A stretch of 64,000 nt of DNA. Origin: Phaeosaccion multiseriatum (taxonomy: Eukaryota; Protista; Ochrophyta, other classes). Both the position numbers and the translations under genes were made by a program. Positions 30,650-43,249 of the stretch are shown here, piece by piece. The notes below the pieces were generated by a model that searched no databases, was not told where the DNA came from, and saw only the letters and a program-made list of their open reading frames with translations. How positions within the stretch are numbered: the stretch's first letter is position 1; every line of letters starts with the position of its first letter. Location of the stretch: the NCBI GenBank assembly GCA_965112735.1, contig OZ218951.1, positions 1,798,001 to 1,862,000 on the forward strand, in the 5' to 3' direction.

Positions 30650-32963
30650 ATGGCGGGGGTGAAGCTGGGCCTCTGCTTTCTTCTGTGGTATGGTGAGTGA
30701 AGCTCAGCATCTGAGCATTTGCTCTATCACCGAGGGCCGATTCTTTGCGTCGAAGTTTGTTCTGTAGTTGCTCAAGGTGGAAGAAGCGGAGCATGAGCCG
30801 CTTGTCGCGTATAATTGCTCCGGCCCTGCGACACAGCAAAGTCCACCTCTCCCACCACTCGGTTTCTGTATGTCCACTTTCCAGGCTTCAACAAGACGTA
30901 CAACGTGTACAATGCTCAGCTGCTGAAGCTTCTCCCGCTCCCCTGGACCGTCACATGCCTCCACCTCGGCGTCGGCGTGCTGTGCGTTCTTCTGACATGG
31001 GTAAGCTGTGGCATCCGGCAACATTAGCGGAGGGTCGATGATGCCGTGTCAAATAGCCTGTCGCTGTGGCTGATTCTACTCTCGGCATGGCAACAGAACC
31101 AGGAGTAATCATGCATTCCCCCCCTTGCCCACCCCCTTTCCTCCACCGACCCCCCTCCTCCCCCTTGGTCCTTCTCCTCTTCTTTCTCCTCTACATCCGA
31201 GCAGCTCACCGGCCTGCGGCGCAAGCCGATGGTGACAGCTGCTCAGCAGCGCCAGATCTTCCCCATCGCTATCGTGCACGTCATCGGACACCTCTGTAAC
31301 GTCCTGCAACCCTTGCAGGGGCCCCTCTCCCCGGCGTGCCACCTCGTGCGCAGTTGCGAGGCCTACCTGACCGCCCTCCTGGGCTGGATCCTCATGGGTC
31401 ACCACACACACCTCGTGGTGCTCCTGTCGCTTGTACCCGTCACTGCGGGCGCCTACTTGGCAGCGACTTCGGCTCTCGACGACCTCTGGAGCAGCAGCAG
31501 TAGCAGCGGCAGCAGCAGCAGCAGCAGCAGCATGGGTTCCTCTGACTGGAGCAGCAGCTCTTGGCCCTTGTCGCCGCTGCCCCAGCCCTCCCCGCAGCTG
31601 ATGCTCTCTGTGGCGGCGACGGTGTGCTTCGTGCTGAGGGCCTTGTTTGCCGCTCGAGTCATGCGGACCAGCGACGACAGCATGCCTCGTGGAGAGGACC
31701 TCTATGCCATCATCACCACCCTATCCTTCGTCGCCTCCCTGCCCTTCGCGCTCATCATGGAGGTGAGGCCATCGCAAGCATGGAGCTTCTTGCGTGCCTA
31801 TTGATATTCTTAGTGCTTAGCTCATTTGAAACCTCATTGGAGGTTCTTTGCTGCGCCGTCTTTGACTATGGGAGGCTGGCATTTTCATCCCTGGCGAGGA
31901 GGGAGGCTAGAGAGAGACCTTAAAGAATCTCTTTCCGTCGTACCTCACTTGTGGGTGTGCTTGGGTATCTACCTCACTTGTGGGTGTGCTTGGGTACCTC
32001 CTCACTTGTGGGTGTGCTTGGGTATCTACCTCAATGTGCTTGGGTATCTACCTCACTTGTGGGTGTGCTTGGGTACCTATCTCACTCATGGAACACACAG
32101 TGATGGTTGTGTGGGGACTCCTCTGACGCTTCGCGATGATAAGTTGTGCACTCATGAACAGTCTCCATCTCTCCCTCTCCCCCCCCCACCCTCCCCACCA
32201 AAAGGGCACGGAACTTCCAAAGGCCTACGCAGCGGCCGTGAGCGGTGGCAATGGGTTATTAACGGGAGGAGGAGGAGCAGCAGGGGCGGAGGGAGGAGCT
32301 GGGGCGATGGTGGTGGGTGGGAGCGGAGGCGGTGGTGGGGGTGGCGGCAGCAGCAGTAGCCTCTTCGGTCTGGTGAAGTGCCTTGTAACGTGCGGTTTCA
32401 GCTTCTACCTCTACAACGAGGTGTCCCTCATTGTGCTTACGGTTACAAGCCCCATGACCAGGGCGGTTATGTCGAGCGTAAGGAGGGGTGTAGGCCTGCT
32501 GCTCTTCGCCATCTTGCTCGCCGATGTGCCGGCCACGGGGCAGGTACGACAGGGGGGGGGGGGAGGACGAGGAGGAGGAGAAGGAGTAGGAAGAGGAAGA
32601 GGAGGAAAAATATTTGTCTTTCATGAAGGCGTACATAGGGGGGGGGGGGGATTGTGAGCTGGGCTTCATGTGTAAGTCTTTTGGTGTACCACGTTGCGGA
32701 CTCCCTTTGCGCCGCTTTGGGCCTTACTTCGGCGGGGGGGTTTGTTCCCTTCTCTCGTTGTCTCGCACTCACACATCCGCGCTCATTTCTCCCTCTCCCT
32801 CTCCCCCCCCCCCCCCTTCATTCTTCATCCTCTCCCCCTCCCTCCCTCTCAGGCGCTGGGTGGGGTGCTGGCTGTGGTGGGATGGGTGTGCTTCATCACA
32901 GCCGAGCAGAGCTTCACGCTCATCAGAGAGAGGAAGGCGAAAGGCTCGGAGAAGTCGGACTGA
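30650..32963 (+). CDS. Triose-phosphate translocator / SLC35E-family transporter
   Basis: Spliced MAGVKLGLCFLLWYG|FNKTYNVYNAQLLKLLPLPWTVT; later LVRSCEAYLTA, FYLYNEVSLIVL, SPMTRAVMSSVRR. Multiple hydrophobic helices. Confidence 0.8.
31941..32087. repeat. Intronic ~29-bp tandem repeat (acctcacttgtgggtgtgcttgggtatct), about 5 copies
   Basis: Read directly in an intron of the TPT-family gene. Confidence 0.85.
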
Positions 32964-33450
32964 TCATTTTCGTTTTGTTAGCACGAAGTATTACTCAGAG
33001 AAAAAGAAGAGAAAACAATTATTATCAAAGAATGGCGATAGAAAACAGTTGAACTAGAGGGAGCATGTTGTGAATAAAGGTACCTTCTTCAGGCAAACAG
33101 CGAATGAGGGGGCTTGTGCGCGATCGACACTCACACACGCACACACATACAGAGAGAGAGAGAGGCAGAGCACTGCTCGTGGTCCCTACTCCCCCTTCTC
33201 CACCGAAGGGTACCCTGTAGCACACAAAAAAGGGTCGAAGAAGCGGGTCATACGATTGTCGCTCTCTTCTCTCTCCTCTCTCTCGTTCCTTTTGCTCCTC
33301 TGCCCACTACACACTACACTACTGTGGTATTTGGCTTTATTTTTGAATGACCACGGAGGCGATTTTGCCGTCTCCCTCGCCCTCCCCTATTTGCTTGAGG
33401 AGAAATTCGTCCGTTCTCGACTGCCTCAAACCCAGGAACTTTGCAGCCCC

Positions 33451-33680
33451 GACTTGACTCTTGCCAAAGGGGTACGCCAGGATGGTGCCCTGATCGAGAA
33501 GGTAACAGCACAAAAAACAAGGAGACGGCAGCAGACGGCAGCAGGTGGGGGCGGTGGTTGGGGGGGGCGTTGTGTGCATGCGTGTGCTTGGGTGCAAATA
33601 CGTCCGATGTAAGCTTTCGAGTGAAGAAAGAAGCCACGTCTTTCTTGTATCCTTCCTGTTGTCCTCGCCATCGTTCCTTC
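33451..33680 (+). repeat. Dispersed repeat, copy B (homologous to 26505-26724)
   Basis: Same shared blocks as copy A, same orientation, ~6.9 kb away. Confidence 0.85.
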
Positions 33681-34131
33681 TCCCCCCCCCTTCCTCACCT
33701 CGGGAATTTCCTCTCCTTTGAAGACCACTCCTATGTACTTGTCCAGGGGCACACACACGTGGGTTTCGGCTTGCCTGTGAGGAGAAAAGCGACGGCCGGG
33801 GGCCGCACGTTAGAAAGAGGGGGGTGTACGGTATCGAGGCTTGCCATGGACACCGAGAGAGAGCCCCAGAAAGGAGGCATTGCACCACACGCAAGCTCAG
33901 GGAAGGCTGTAGATCTGGCGGGGGTTGGCAAGACTGTTTAGCGCCTTGTCCTACACTGCACCATCCCCCTTACCCCCCCCCCGCACTTACTGGCTGTTCG
34001 TGCAGAACGTCAGGTGCCTAACATCGGACGGCTGTTTCGGTGGCCCGATGCAGCGGGGAGTAGCAGCAGGCCAAAGCGGACCATTTGAAGGTACAACAAG
34101 AGAGGGGAGCAAGGAGAAGTAAGGAAAGAAT

Positions 34132-34771
34132 TTATGTCTGTAAGACCTCTCGGGAGAATTCAGGTAGAAGCAAGTGGCAATGTCGAGGGGGCTGCACGTA
34201 CAGTGGGCCTAGCCAAGCCCCCAACCCCCAGCCCCCCCTCTCGCTACTGTAGCAGCTCACCTGCTGGAAAAGGTAGAAGATGAGGCCCAGACAAAGCACT
34301 AAGATGGGAATACCTCCCTGAGATGCCAGAGCAAAAAAGAGGAGAAGGGGATGAGATACAATGATAGGCACTCGGCCCAGCAGACTGTGATGACAATGCG
34401 AGCCGAAGAACCCAACGTAGACACGAAAGGCAGGAGAGAAGATGGTTGTGTGTCAGCTTTACCTTAACGTTAGTGACATCGGCACTGGTGCCTGTCTTCG
34501 TCGTGGTCGTCTCATCACCCACTTTCTTCGCTGCATACATGACGACTCGCCCTGCTGCTGCGTCATATCCAATCGCGCTCGTGGCGCGTTGCTGTCGTCG
34601 TCCTTCCGTCTGTAATACACTCATCCTACTAATCCTCCTACCATTGCTCTCGAGCCCCCCAGGCCAGCCCCGTGCGCCAGTTTGGAGCGTCCTGGTCTCG
34701 ATGTGAAAGGCCCAGCAGGAGCAGAGGCTGGATGAGGCGAAAAAGGCCAGCAGCAGAGGGAAAGAACGCAT
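34132..34771 (-). CDS. Small, probably plastid-targeted membrane protein
   Basis: MRSFPLLLAFFASSSLCSCWA-F resembles a signal peptide followed by Phe (ASAFAP-type), then an Arg/Ser-rich transit-like region. A later exon encodes a TM helix GGIPILVLCLGLIFYLFQQ. 3' exon uncertain. Confidence 0.6.
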
Positions 34772-35588
34772 TATTAACGGAGAGCGAAGGGAAGGGAAAG
34801 AAGGGGAGAGAGAGAGTGTTAAGATACACCAGTTGGCTATGGCGCGTCGACAGCTGTATTCTCTTACTTTTTTACTTTTTTACTTTTTTATTTTTTTACA
34901 GCTGCTTTTTTATTTTTTTTACTTTGCCACTTCGTACAGTATGCGGTCGCGAATTAGCGGCCCCGGGGAACTACAACCCATCTTATCATGGGCAACCGAT
35001 CCCATGTCGGATAACGGATCGCGGGTAAATGTATGTCTTCAGAACCCACCCACCGCCAAACGTTGCCGAGTTGCACACGTCACACACATCACCATCACAG
35101 CACAAGTGTAAGCCGGCCCCAAGTCCAGTTGGTTTTTCGGCCCCCCAGCAAGTGGGAGGCGAAGGTTTGGAAAAGCGCCTGAGCTGACAGTCCAAATGTA
35201 CAGGGGGGTTGTTCCATGGCGAAGGGCGCCAAGTGGTACTGTAACGGGTGGGATCAAAATAAATACAACCCCCCTCCCGCCCTTCCCCCTGCGCACCTCC
35301 AGGGACCCCATCGCAGCGCTGAAGCTTCCATCTGTTCCGCCTTGGCCCCCGCCGCGACGAGTGCCTTGTGCCTTTCATGCGGCCACCCACCCACCCACCC
35401 ACCCGCCCGCCCAGTTGGTCTGGTTGGAAGGAGGGATCTGCCAGCGCCATGTCCACCAACAGGGCCTTGCCTACCCCAGCCACGCCGACCTTAACGGACG
35501 TGGATCCAGCCAGAGGAGCGCCAAAAAAGGCAACGAGTAAGATCTCTCCCACGCCTCCACGGCCCACGACCCACAAAAGATCGCACGC

Positions 35589-35626
<38 letters not shown>

Positions 35627-35823
35627 GTCAGTAAGGCCCTTCAACGAGTCCAAGTCAATCGTGATGCGCATCGGCCCGGATGGGCAAAGAAAACTGTGCG
35701 ACTCCCGCCGTGGCACGAGCTGCCCATCCCGTGCGATCGATCTATCGATCGGAGGGGGGACTGGACTCCCTTGCCCAACTCACTCACGCACCTACGTGCC
35801 CACTAAGATGCACATGACGTACA

Positions 35824-36762
35824 CTAGCTCTTGGTCTCGCTGGTTGCAGCAAGTAAGCCCGCCGCCTTGTCGAGGATCCACGCCACGTGCGGTAGAGAGC
35901 GGTTGATAAGGCTCTTGCCCGGTCCGCTCGCGGCATTCTCCCTGAGCTTGGGGGGAGTCAGCCCCCGCCACAGGTAGGACACCACACAGCGAATGTAGTC
36001 CAACAGGGCCAAGTCATAGTGCTCCTTCAGCTTCTCCCACTCGTACGCAGCGATACCGCGCTCCCGCAGGCCTCGGTTGAGCTCGCGGTGGTAGTGCCGC
36101 AGCAGGACTTGCTCAGCGTCCTCATGCAACAGGGCGTGTGCCTGCAGAGACGTGCACATTGCATAGGCCACGTCTTGCACGCCCACACCAAACCCGCACC
36201 ACTGCAGGTCGATGAAGCGGACCGCATCAGCAGCAGCAGCAGCAGTAGTAGCAGTTACAGGAGCAGCAGTAGAAGTAGTAGTGGGACTTGGCATGTGCTC
36301 GGCATCGTCATTGCCCCCTCCCATGAAGGCCTCCTTCTCTCTCCCTCCTTCTCCTTCTCCTCCTCCCCCTCCCCCTCCTCCTCCTCCTCCTCCTCCTCCT
36401 TCGAGCAAGTGCAGCTGTGCGTGGAAGAACATGTTCCATTGCTTGCAGTCTCCGTGCACGAGACAGCGCGGTACGCTGCCCTCTCTCCCCGTCATGAGCG
36501 CATCTCTCTGCTCCGCTCCCGCAGCCAACCGACTCGCCACCCGCTGCACCTCAGGACGGGCAAACAAGTCGGGCAGCTCCTCTTGAAAGGCCTCCATAAA
36601 GGCGTTGTAAGTGGTCTCAATCTCGAGCATGTCTCTCGGTTCCCTCTTGCGCATTTCCCAAAAGGTGCCCTGCTGATGCACGCTGCGCGCAAAGTCAGTC
36701 GGCACATCTGCCAGGCGATCCGCGCATAGGTCAGAGGTCACTTCTTCTGATGCTGCAAAGGG

Positions 36763-36801
<39 letters not shown>

Positions 36802-37656
36802 CGAGGAGGAGGAGGAGGAGGAGGAGGAGGAGGAGGAGGACTGAGTCCCAGTCCAGTAGTGGGAGTGCATTCTCGCCAGCGCTGACATGACTGCCTTGCC
36901 TTGCGTGAGAGACAGGGCCCCAATCTGCACCCACTCTCCCTCGGCCGTGAGGTCCTCCAAGACACACATGAAGCTCGACTGTAGTAGCACCGCCTTGTGC
37001 AGCTCTTCCTCGGCCTCTGTAGCCACGACCGCTGCCGCTGCTGTCTCTCCTCCCGTACCACTACCATTGCTTCGCTTCCGACGCTCCACCAGCCGACTCA
37101 GGTCTTCGCTGAGCGTGCTCTGGCTGTGTACCCAATAGCAGCGCGGTACGACTGCCTCGAGCTCCGCGCTGAGGTGCTTGTAGGCGGCGGCTTCTGCTCT
37201 GTAGCCCTCAATGGCAGACACCCACGACGCCAGGGACCGTGGGACCAAGTCACGGCAAAAAATCTTCTTCACGTAGACGGAAGTCGCATCAGTAGCAGGA
37301 GCGGTGGCGGTGGTACTGATGCTGAGTGCAAGATTCGTGGAAGTTGTCTGCACGGCTCCGCTTCCCGCCTTGTTCCTGTTTTGATGCTCCTTCTCTTCTG
37401 CCTGCCGTGCCTTTGCGCTCCTGCTGCTGCTGCTCTCTCCATTCAGCAAGAGCCTGAAGGTGGTTGAGTGTCTTCCAAAAATAACGGACGACGCATCTAC
37501 CTCCCAATGCACCACTCGCCTCCGCAACACACCCGTGAGCCATGCATCTGTAAAGGCGTGTCCATCGGGCCTAGAAGCGAGTGTGATGGGTTGGGGAGGA
37601 GGAGGAGGAGGAGTAGAAGGAACAGCAGCACCAGGTAATGCCTTCATATTCAACAC
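35824..37656 (-). CDS. Ecdysteroid-kinase-like / choline kinase-like (APH-fold) phosphotransferase; single exon
   Basis: YVKK, VPRCYW, VLEDL, ALARMHS, Brenner motif LVHGDCKQWNMFF, FIDLQWCGFG...QDVAY, LLRHYH. Confidence 0.85.
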
Positions 37657-38209
37657 CCCGCTGACAGCTGATGCTTGTATATTATACAGCTGGAGGGGAG
37701 AGGAAAGATGGAATTGGAAGGGGGGGGATACTTTATTGACTTAATAGGAATCACCTAAGAAACTGAAAGTGTGAAAGTGTGTGTGTGTGTGTGTGTGTGT
37801 GTAGGTGTCGCTGTGTCTCCGGGGCCCGCGAGGGGCGGGGGATATATGTATGGAAGTTGGTACGGGAGCGTCGCCATCTGTTAACTCTGCACAAAATTTG
37901 GATTTTGGCGGCAGCCAGCGCTCTCAGCGCTCTTGCCGTGAGCAGGACGATGCCATAAGGTGATGCGACGCTGTCGAATCCTTGGGCCGCAGCAGCAGCT
38001 GGTGAAGAGGGGTGAAGAGGCAGCAGCTGATTGAGGGCACGAGTCCTGCCGTGCTCAAACCAGAGCTCTCCAGGCTGGAACGGCGAACAGCTGAGTATCT
38101 CTTCGAATCTCTGTCTCAGTGCTGCTTCTTGCGGTATTGGCGTCACCCAAGCATCCACCCTTTCAAAGACTCACGAAAAAATATGTGCCCAAACTATTGT
38201 ACTTCATTT

Positions 38210-38807
38210 CTATTTCTTCAGCCAGGAGCCTACAACCGCCGCGTAGTCACGGATGGTCCAATCAGTCACTAGCCCTGCGAAAGATAGCATGGCAAGGCAC
38301 AAGAAACAAAGCGGTGTGAGTGGGAGAAAAAAAGAAAAAAGGAAGAGGAGTTGCCATCTCATCTCATTTTATCCCCGCTCCTGACACCCAGCCCACGGCC
38401 CTCGGACACTTGCCTGCCGCGTTGTAAGGGTCACTTTTGACAAACGCTTCTGCGCTTTCTTTGGTATCGAAGAAGACCGCCGCGCTATCCGTTGGCTCCA
38501 TGTATGCTCCCCCCAACAATACACTTCCCTCCTCACTCCCTTTCTTCAGCAACTCCAGGTGGGCTTCCCGATGAGGCCCTCTCTTCTCAAGCATCCCATC
38601 CACATAGGCGTACTGAAGCACATAGACGCGCAGTGGGCCTCCGCCCGTGGGAGCCGCGGACATCATAGTGCGTGATTGTTGGCCCCTGGACGCGTTGGCC
38701 AATCTTCGGACAACCGGAGACCCCTGCAGGAGCAAGCCTTGGAAGCGACAGAGAGACATAACCGCAACGATGCACACCAGCAAAAGTCCCAAACTAGGTC
38801 CAGACAT
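38210..38807 (-). CDS. YciI-family protein with organellar-type leader; two exons joined by a GC-AG intron
   Basis: YVLQYAYVDGMLEKRGPHREAHL, LLGGA, AEAFVKSDPYNAAG|LVTDWTIRDYAAVVGSWLKK*. Confidence 0.88.
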
Positions 38808-38976
38808 GAGCGAAGAGGGAGAGAAGAGAGCACTGAAGATGAGAGAGGGAAGAGGGCGTCCTTCGCTATCTGTGAAGTCTTCTGAAGGACCACATTGTCA
38901 ACCCTGTTTTTTCTCTCCCTATAATTCTCTTTCTCTCTCTCTCCCTTTGTAGCTACAAGAGCTACTCGCAACGAGC

Positions 38977-40358
38977 ATGACGGGATGGGCTCAGCTCATC
39001 TCGCTTGCATGTTTCGGGCTCTTTTTTGCGCTCTTGTCGCGCAAGATGATGACACATAGACACATGTTTGCGCCTCGCTATGGTCGCCGCCACCGCCTCT
39101 GTGGGCTTCTGTTCTTCTTTTGGCTATTGCGGGGCTTCTTCGGCTTGTTGATGTTGACAGTGGATCGCCATACGCAGCAAGGCTCGTCGCATCGAGTCGA
39201 AAACCTCCAGGAAGAGCCAGGCTGGCTTCTATACGATGTTGTTCTGGGCGTCTTGGGCGTTGCGTTGACGCTCTTTGCCGCTTTTGACTTCCGGTACGCC
39301 CACCGACTTGTGGTGAATACGGCATCAGGTCTGTACTCGCCCCCCCGTCAATGTCCACGCTGGTCTGCTCTGCTTCTGCCCCTCTCATCCTCTCTCTCTC
39401 ACTCTCTCTCTCTCTGTCGCCCCCCCGTCAATGTCCACGCTGGTCTGCTCTGCTTCTCCCCCTCTCATCCTCTCTCTCTCACTCTCTCTCTCTATCTTTC
39501 TTTCTTTCTTGCCTGCCTTGTGGCGCTGAGGGCCCAGGAGCGTTGGAGCAGACTGCCACGGTAACCTTCTCCGAGATGATGGAGCACAGCTTCTACCAGG
39601 GCCTCAACCTCGTGCAGGCTCTCTTCCTTCACGCCCTCGCACACCTCGACCAGCGCGATCGTAACCGTCATGACCGTCATGGGGGTGATGTTGATGCTGA
39701 CGTTGTTGCTGCAGAGTTCTCTCTGCTACTCCGAGTGAGTCTGGTGTCACTTGTGACCGCCCCTTGGCTATGGCGGAGCTACTTCCCCGTGAATAGCTTC
39801 AGTGACAATTACAGCAAACCGGGAACCACCCCTACTTCCCTCATCGGCGTGCTCTATCGACTCAAGAAGTACCAATACCTCCTCTACAAGCACGTTTTGC
39901 TTCACGGGCTGAACATTAGCGCCGCTCTGGGTGTCTTGGTGCACTCGGACCCGAATCTCGGCCTCTTCCCCCACGATCAGGGCGGCGCCCCCGGGGAAGT
40001 AGGAGAGGGGGGTGGTAGGAGCAGCAGCAACAACAGAGGTCTTCGTAGTAGCCTGGTGCACAGCGGGGACTTTCGCCTCTATTGGATGGGACTAAACTGT
40101 GCCTACGTTATGGAGTTCTTCCTCCAAACGCTGGTCAAGAGGGGCTACTTGGCCCAGCGGCAAATGCTTTGGATGAACCAACTCGTCATGTTTGCCAGCA
40201 CCCTCGCCGCGGTGCAGCTGCTGCTGCTGCGGCGAGACGAAATGCGCTGGGGTGCATGCCTCGTCTCCCTCCTGCTCAATCTCTTGCACCGGCGCCACGA
40301 TTTCTTCAACACCATGCTCACGCTCACTGTCACCGTCGCGGGGGCGCTGCTGGTGTAG
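38977..40358 (+). CDS. Multi-pass membrane protein of unknown function; two exons
   Basis: Several hydrophobic helices and conserved-looking blocks EHSFYQGLNLVQ, FPVNSFSDNY, KKYQYLLYKHVLLHGLN, YVMEFFLQTLVKR. Intron ~39329-39537. Confidence 0.75.
39338..39493. repeat. Intronic ~80-bp direct duplication
   Basis: tcgccccccgtcaatgtccacgctggtctgctctgcttct.cccctctcatcc... occurs twice in tandem. Confidence 0.85.
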
Positions 40359-40984
40359 GTGTCAGGTCTGAGTACCCCGGACTGAGGCAAGCCCAGGAAG
40401 TCTAAGCAATATGAGCAGTCACCCAAGAGGGGCACATGAGGTTTTCCATAAAATACCAATCGACTCGTGAACTCGCTCTGTCTCGATTAAGCTTCCCCTT
40501 AGGCCGTGGACCACTTCTGACGGTCCCGAAAAGGCATTTTTTTGTCTTGCCTATCCCATTCGTTACGTACGCATAAACCATATGGGTAGAAGCACATGGA
40601 CAACAACATAGGTAAATTAAGAAACGCCACACCCGCACAAAGAAAACGCCACACACATACACACACAATCTGTGGCTGACAGCAGCAGCTCCGCGAGAGT
40701 CTCCCCTCCCCCTCGACGAGGCACAGAGGGCGACGCGCAGCAATCGGGTACGCGGGCCGCACACACAAACACACACAAGGCACAGTCCCTTCCTCCTCGA
40801 CGAGGCACAGGGGCCTACGCGTAGCAATCGGGCACGAGAGCTGCACACACACACAAGGTGCTCTGTGCGCCCCTCTGCTCTGCTGCACGCGCTCCTCAGC
40901 CCCGCGGCGCCACACCATCCACTACGGGCAAAGGACCGCCCGCTGTCCTATCTCAACCCGCGGCTACCGGGACCCAATGCTCAC

Positions 40985-42816
40985 TCAGCTCATCAAGTCC
41001 ACCATGCCCCCCAGTCTCTTTTGGAAGATGATGGAATTGATGGCCCCTCTGAGTTTGCGGCGTGCATTGAAGAGTCTGAGCTGCTGAAGGTTCTTGTCGA
41101 GGTTCCGCTTGGCCAGGTCCACTTCTTTGCTGAGCAGCCACGGGTGCACGACGGCCTCAGCCGCGGTGATGCGTTTCGTTGTGTCTACGTTGAGCATGCG
41201 ACGGATCAGGTCCTTAGCCTCATTGCTAGTCCCTTTCCAGTACTCCGCGTGGAACTGAGCGAACGGGAAGACAGGTCAAATCAAGGGCCTTGATGATGAG
41301 AGGTAGTCAGAGGGGAAACACAACACTTGGGCAGCACTTCGTAAGGCAAAGGGAAGAGAGGTCAGGAGAGGTCAACCAAAGGCTTGGATGATAAGTAGTA
41401 GTGTACAAAACACAAAAAAGAAGCAGTTGATGGGTCAAGACTTGGAGGCTCTCAACTCACTTTGAACGACCCGCTCTTGATCTTCCTGAAGAGCCTTCGT
41501 TGGTTCTCGTCATGAAAAGGCGGATACCCGCCCAGGAGGATGTAAAGGATGACACCTATTGACCACAGGTCCACCGATTTGCCGTAAGGCTCACCCTTTA
41601 TAATCTCCGGAGCCACATATCCCGGCGTGCCACACTGCGTGGTTAGGAGTCCGCTGTCCAGGCTCCTGGCGAACCCGAAATCGGCCAGCTGATGGGGTAG
41701 AGATGCAGAGGGCACCAGCGCAGGTTAGAGTGTGCTACACCACCGACTCTGTGTTGTGTGTGGGTGGAGCTTTCACCTTGCTCGAAAGAGCTTGTCCAAA
41801 AGGTACTCTCTCAGGCAAAGAACTTCTGTGCACTGTCTGTATCAACGAGACATGCGACGACCCTGCTACTAGATGGCACACACCTTTATTGTGGCATCGT
41901 CGCTCTCGCTCGTCATGAGCAAGTTCTCGGGCTTGAGATCGCGATGTACAATATTCTTGTCGTGACAGTATTTGATCGAATCGAGGAGAATCCGGCAGAG
42001 GTCTCGGGCCTCCTTCTCGTTGTAGAAGGACTTTTGCACGATGCGGTCAAAGAGCTCTCCGCCTTTCATAAACTCCTCCACCACGTAGAAGTACTGCAGG
42101 CAGGCAGGAAGGGACAGAGGGAGGGACACGCGAGTGAGTGAGTTGAGATAGAGACGGTGCGGGGTTTCGGCAGGCAGGCAGGTAGGCAGGTAGTCCCTCC
42201 ACCATTGGGGAGGGGGCAGGGAGTTACCCAAGCACCGCTGTCCTTCGCCCAGGGGGCATCACTTGCTCCTCCTGTGCAGCTACACACCACAAGCTCTCTT
42301 CCCTCACCTCTGGGTCGTCCTTATAAAGCTGGAAAATGTTGATGATGTTTGGATGCTTGAGTGAGCGCAAGATTGAAACCTCTGCAGCAGCGTGGAGTCC
42401 CGAGCAAGAGGGGAGAAGGGAGTAATGAGGACGGAGGGACGGGGCAAAAGAAGACAGAGGGCGGGCATTTACCACCAGTGCTCCTTGCCTTTCTACTGTC
42501 TGCTCCCCCTCACTTCCTTACCTGTGAACAAATCCGCCTCATCATCTGGTGGCAAGTTGGCCCTCTTCATACACTTCACGGCATACTGCTTCTCAGTCTT
42601 GTTAAACTTTGCTTCCCTAACAGTCGAGTAAGCCCCCTTTCCGATCTCTGGGCCAAGCTTATAGTGTTCATTGAATTTTGCCCCTTCGAAGCCCAGGACT
42701 GCCCCTGGATCCGACACTCCCACTATAAGCCCCTCTGGCCCCCGGGACGGTGCAGGCTCGGTGTCATCAACTGCCGAGTCCGACCAGCAGAGCAGCGCAG
42801 ACAGAGATTGGCCCAT
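40985..42816 (-). CDS. Ca2+/calmodulin-dependent protein kinase-like, copy 3 (most canonical)
   Basis: MGQSLSALLC start; IGKGAYSTV, HRDLKPEN, LADFGFA, LTTQCGTPGYVAPE, DLWSIG, LRLFNARRKLRGAI. Confidence 0.95.
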
Positions 42817-43249
42817 CCCTCCCTCGCACGAAGGTTGCAAGTGCCGTGTTGCGGCCGAGGGTGGTGCGAGTGTCTACCAACCCACGCCACCCCCCCCCCC
42901 TATCTGCGGAGGAGCTCTTACTGAAACTTAGGTCTCCTCCTCCCGCCGGCGCTGCTGCTGCGGCGGCGACGGCGGCGGCTGCTGCTGCTGGCTGCTGCTG
43001 TTGCTGCTGCTGATCGCTGCTGCTACTGCTGCTGCCGCTGCAACTCTCTCTTTTTTCTTTTCTCTTCTCTCTCTCTCTCTCTCTCTCTCTCCTCTCTTCT
43101 ATGAGGATTTGCCTTTCCCTTCACTCAGTACAGAAGAGATCCTTTCCTCTCCTATTCGAACCGATCACGGCGGAGTGGCTAGATGAAGATGAAAGGCCCC
43201 CCGGGAAAATACTTGTTACTTTTACCTCTGCCCAGGCGACTCCACCAAG

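Noticed and set aside
31941-32087. Regularly spaced ~29-bp repeats resembling a CRISPR array (also 43401-43590 and 12597-12712)
   Set aside because: No unique spacers, intronic location, eukaryotic context and no cas genes. These are ordinary minisatellites.
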